In this document: in pieces, positions 62,672-64,000 of the stretch
How the letters are laid out: each line of letters starts with the position of its first letter
How positions within the stretch are numbered: the first letter of the stretch is position 1
From: Terriglobia bacterium
GTDB taxonomy: Bacteria > Acidobacteriota > Terriglobia > Acidiferrales > UBA7541
NCBI GenBank assembly: GCA_963695545.1
Contig: OY968796.1
Span: 256,001 to 320,000, forward strand
Reading direction: 5' to 3'
DNA length: 64,000 nucleotides
The notes under the pieces: generated by a model
Database searches by the model: none
What the model was told of the DNA's origin: nothing
The model's input: the letters and a program-made list of their open reading frames with translations, nothing else
Made by a program: the position numbers and the translations under genes

Positions 62672-63601
62672 CTACGGTCTGGGCAGCGAATCGAGCCAAG
62701 TGAGCACGGCGGTTTCAAGCGCGATGCGATGATCGGAATAAACATGGTCCGTCGCCATGTGAATCGCCGTGACCTTCGCGGATCCGGCTTTTTTGAGCGC
62801 AGCCACAAATGCGTCGTTCGGCGCGGCGAGACCGTCGTCGGACGTCACAACCAGGACGGGCCGCGAAACAAGTTTCGGTGCGAAGCCGATGGAATCCCAA
62901 CTCGCTTGGTTGGCGATCACTTCGCGCGCCAGACTTTCCGGCGTGCAGCCTGCGAGCGGCGCCATGTCCTCCTTCGCCAGCGCGGCGGCCACGCTTGCCA
63001 CCGTCGCGCCGCTCGGTTTATCGGCCGATCCGAGCGGCCACGTATCCATGCCGCCAAGATTCGCCGCGGAGATCATGCCCACCGCCTCGACACTCGGATC
63101 TTCCGCGCCGGCAAAATTCGCCATAAAGCCGCCCATGCTGTGGCCAATCAGCACGATGCGCGCGGGATCCGCTCGCAATTTTTTCGCGTTCGCGGCATCG
63201 CGCAAATATGCGATAGCCGCCTCCGTATCCTCAATGCAGTGCGTAAACGAAAAATCGCCCGGCGAGCCCCACGAGCCGCGATAGTTGAAGTACAACACGT
63301 CCCAGCCGTCCCGCCGAATCGCTTGCGCCAGATCGAGATTCTTCTCGTTGCCCGGAAAGCCATGCAGCAGCACAACAACAGGATGCGGCCCCGTTCCCGC
63401 GGCGATATACACAATCGCGTTGAGCAGCGCGCCGTGACTCGGCAACTGAAACGCCTCCACCGCGGCGGGATCGGTTTTATCCGGAGCCGGATCGCTCGCG
63501 ATCGCCGCCGGAACTTGCTGCGCGCAAACGCGCGGAGATATCGCAATCGTGAAAACGCCGAGCAGTACGCTTGCCCAAACAGCACAAATGAGTCGTCGCA
63601 T
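62672..63601 (-). CDS. Secreted alpha/beta-fold hydrolase
   Basis: LLHGFPGNEKN, YRGSWGS, GHSMGG nucleophile elbow, DH; signal peptide. Confidence 0.9.
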   Translation of the reverse strand: MRRLICAVWASVLLGVFTIAISPRVCAQQVPAAIASDPAPDKTDPAAVEAFQLPSHGALLNAIVYIAAGTGPHPVVVLLHGFPGNEKNLDLAQAIRRDGWDVLYFNYRGSWGSPGDFSFTHCIEDTEAAIAYLRDAANAKKLRADPARIVLIGHSMGGFMANFAGAEDPSVEAVGMISAANLGGMDTWPLGSADKPSGATVASVAAALAKEDMAPLAGCTPESLAREVIANQASWDSIGFAPKLVSRPVLVVTSDDGLAAPNDAFVAALKKAGSAKVTAIHMATDHVYSDHRIALETAVLTWLDSLPRP

Positions 63602-63750
63602 GCCGCGATTGTTCTGGCCGCGCGAAAGGATGTCAATCAATATCCCCGCGCGGCTGTCGGTCTTGGTTTTGTAGCGGAGGCCTTCAGCCCTCCATGCCAT
63701 GGTTTCGCGCGCGCGACGCTTCGCAACGCGAACGGTTACACTATATCGCG

Positions 63751-64000
63751 ATGCCTCCGATGTCCTGCGAAGTCGCTCTCCCCGTCCCGCTGCGCTCGAC
63801 GTTCACGTACCTCGTGCCCGAGTCGCTCGCCGAACGCGCCGTCGTCGGCGCGCGCGTCCTTGTTCCCTTCCGCAATCGCGCGCTCGTCGGCGTCATCGTC
63901 GAACCGCCGCGCCGCGCCCCCGAAGACAAGCCACTCAAGGAGCTGCAAGACGTTCTCGATCCGGCGCCGGCCTTGCCGCCCAGCGTCGTCGAACTTGGCC
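63751..64000 (+). CDS. priA: Primosomal protein N', 5' part (runs off window end)
   Basis: MPPMSCEVALPVPLRSTFTYLVP...GARVLVPFRNRALVGVI 3'-DNA-binding domain. Confidence 0.9.
   Translation, partial: MPPMSCEVALPVPLRSTFTYLVPESLAERAVVGARVLVPFRNRALVGVIVEPPRRAPEDKPLKELQDVLDPAPALPPSVVELG

Overview
GC-rich bacterial chromosomal segment. Gene content (PEP-CTERM, YXWGXW, long LptC/LptA-type protein, lptB-rpoN-rapZ-msbA-yicC-gmk-rpoZ-coaBC-udg-priA order) suggests Acidobacteriota; this is inference. Housekeeping content: otsAB trehalose genes, a lysine-riboswitch-controlled dapE-dapB-dapA-dapD operon, tRNA-Arg(CCG), tRNA-Cys(GCA), galT, cysS and the lpt/rpoN/gmk/coaBC block. Accessory content: a YfiR + hybrid kinase + diguanylate cyclase operon, a family 2A encapsulin with its cysteine desulfurase cargo, a two-gene bacterial-microcompartment satellite (BMC-H + acylating aldehyde dehydrogenase), an Ig-repeat ice-binding lipoprotein, a tandem HD-GYP protein, a TIR-TM-beta-propeller receptor-like protein and two paralogous secreted WD40 proteins. 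The most unusual signal is not in the ORF track: an intergenic element present twice, 32 kb apart and in opposite orientation (about 30419-30766 and 62200-62570). Each copy has the same layout: DnaA-box-like/ATTCGAAT box, sigma70 promoter, GTG 5 nt after the -10, an ungapped 123-bp core (92/123 identical by hand count) built of four ~27-bp IHF-like units and a conserved 9-bp inverted repeat, then a G6 + palindrome end. Local third-codon G/C strand bias appears, by eye, to follow the orientation of these copies. No CRISPR array, transposase or integrase was seen. Start codons were hand-adjusted where the ORF track over-extends.
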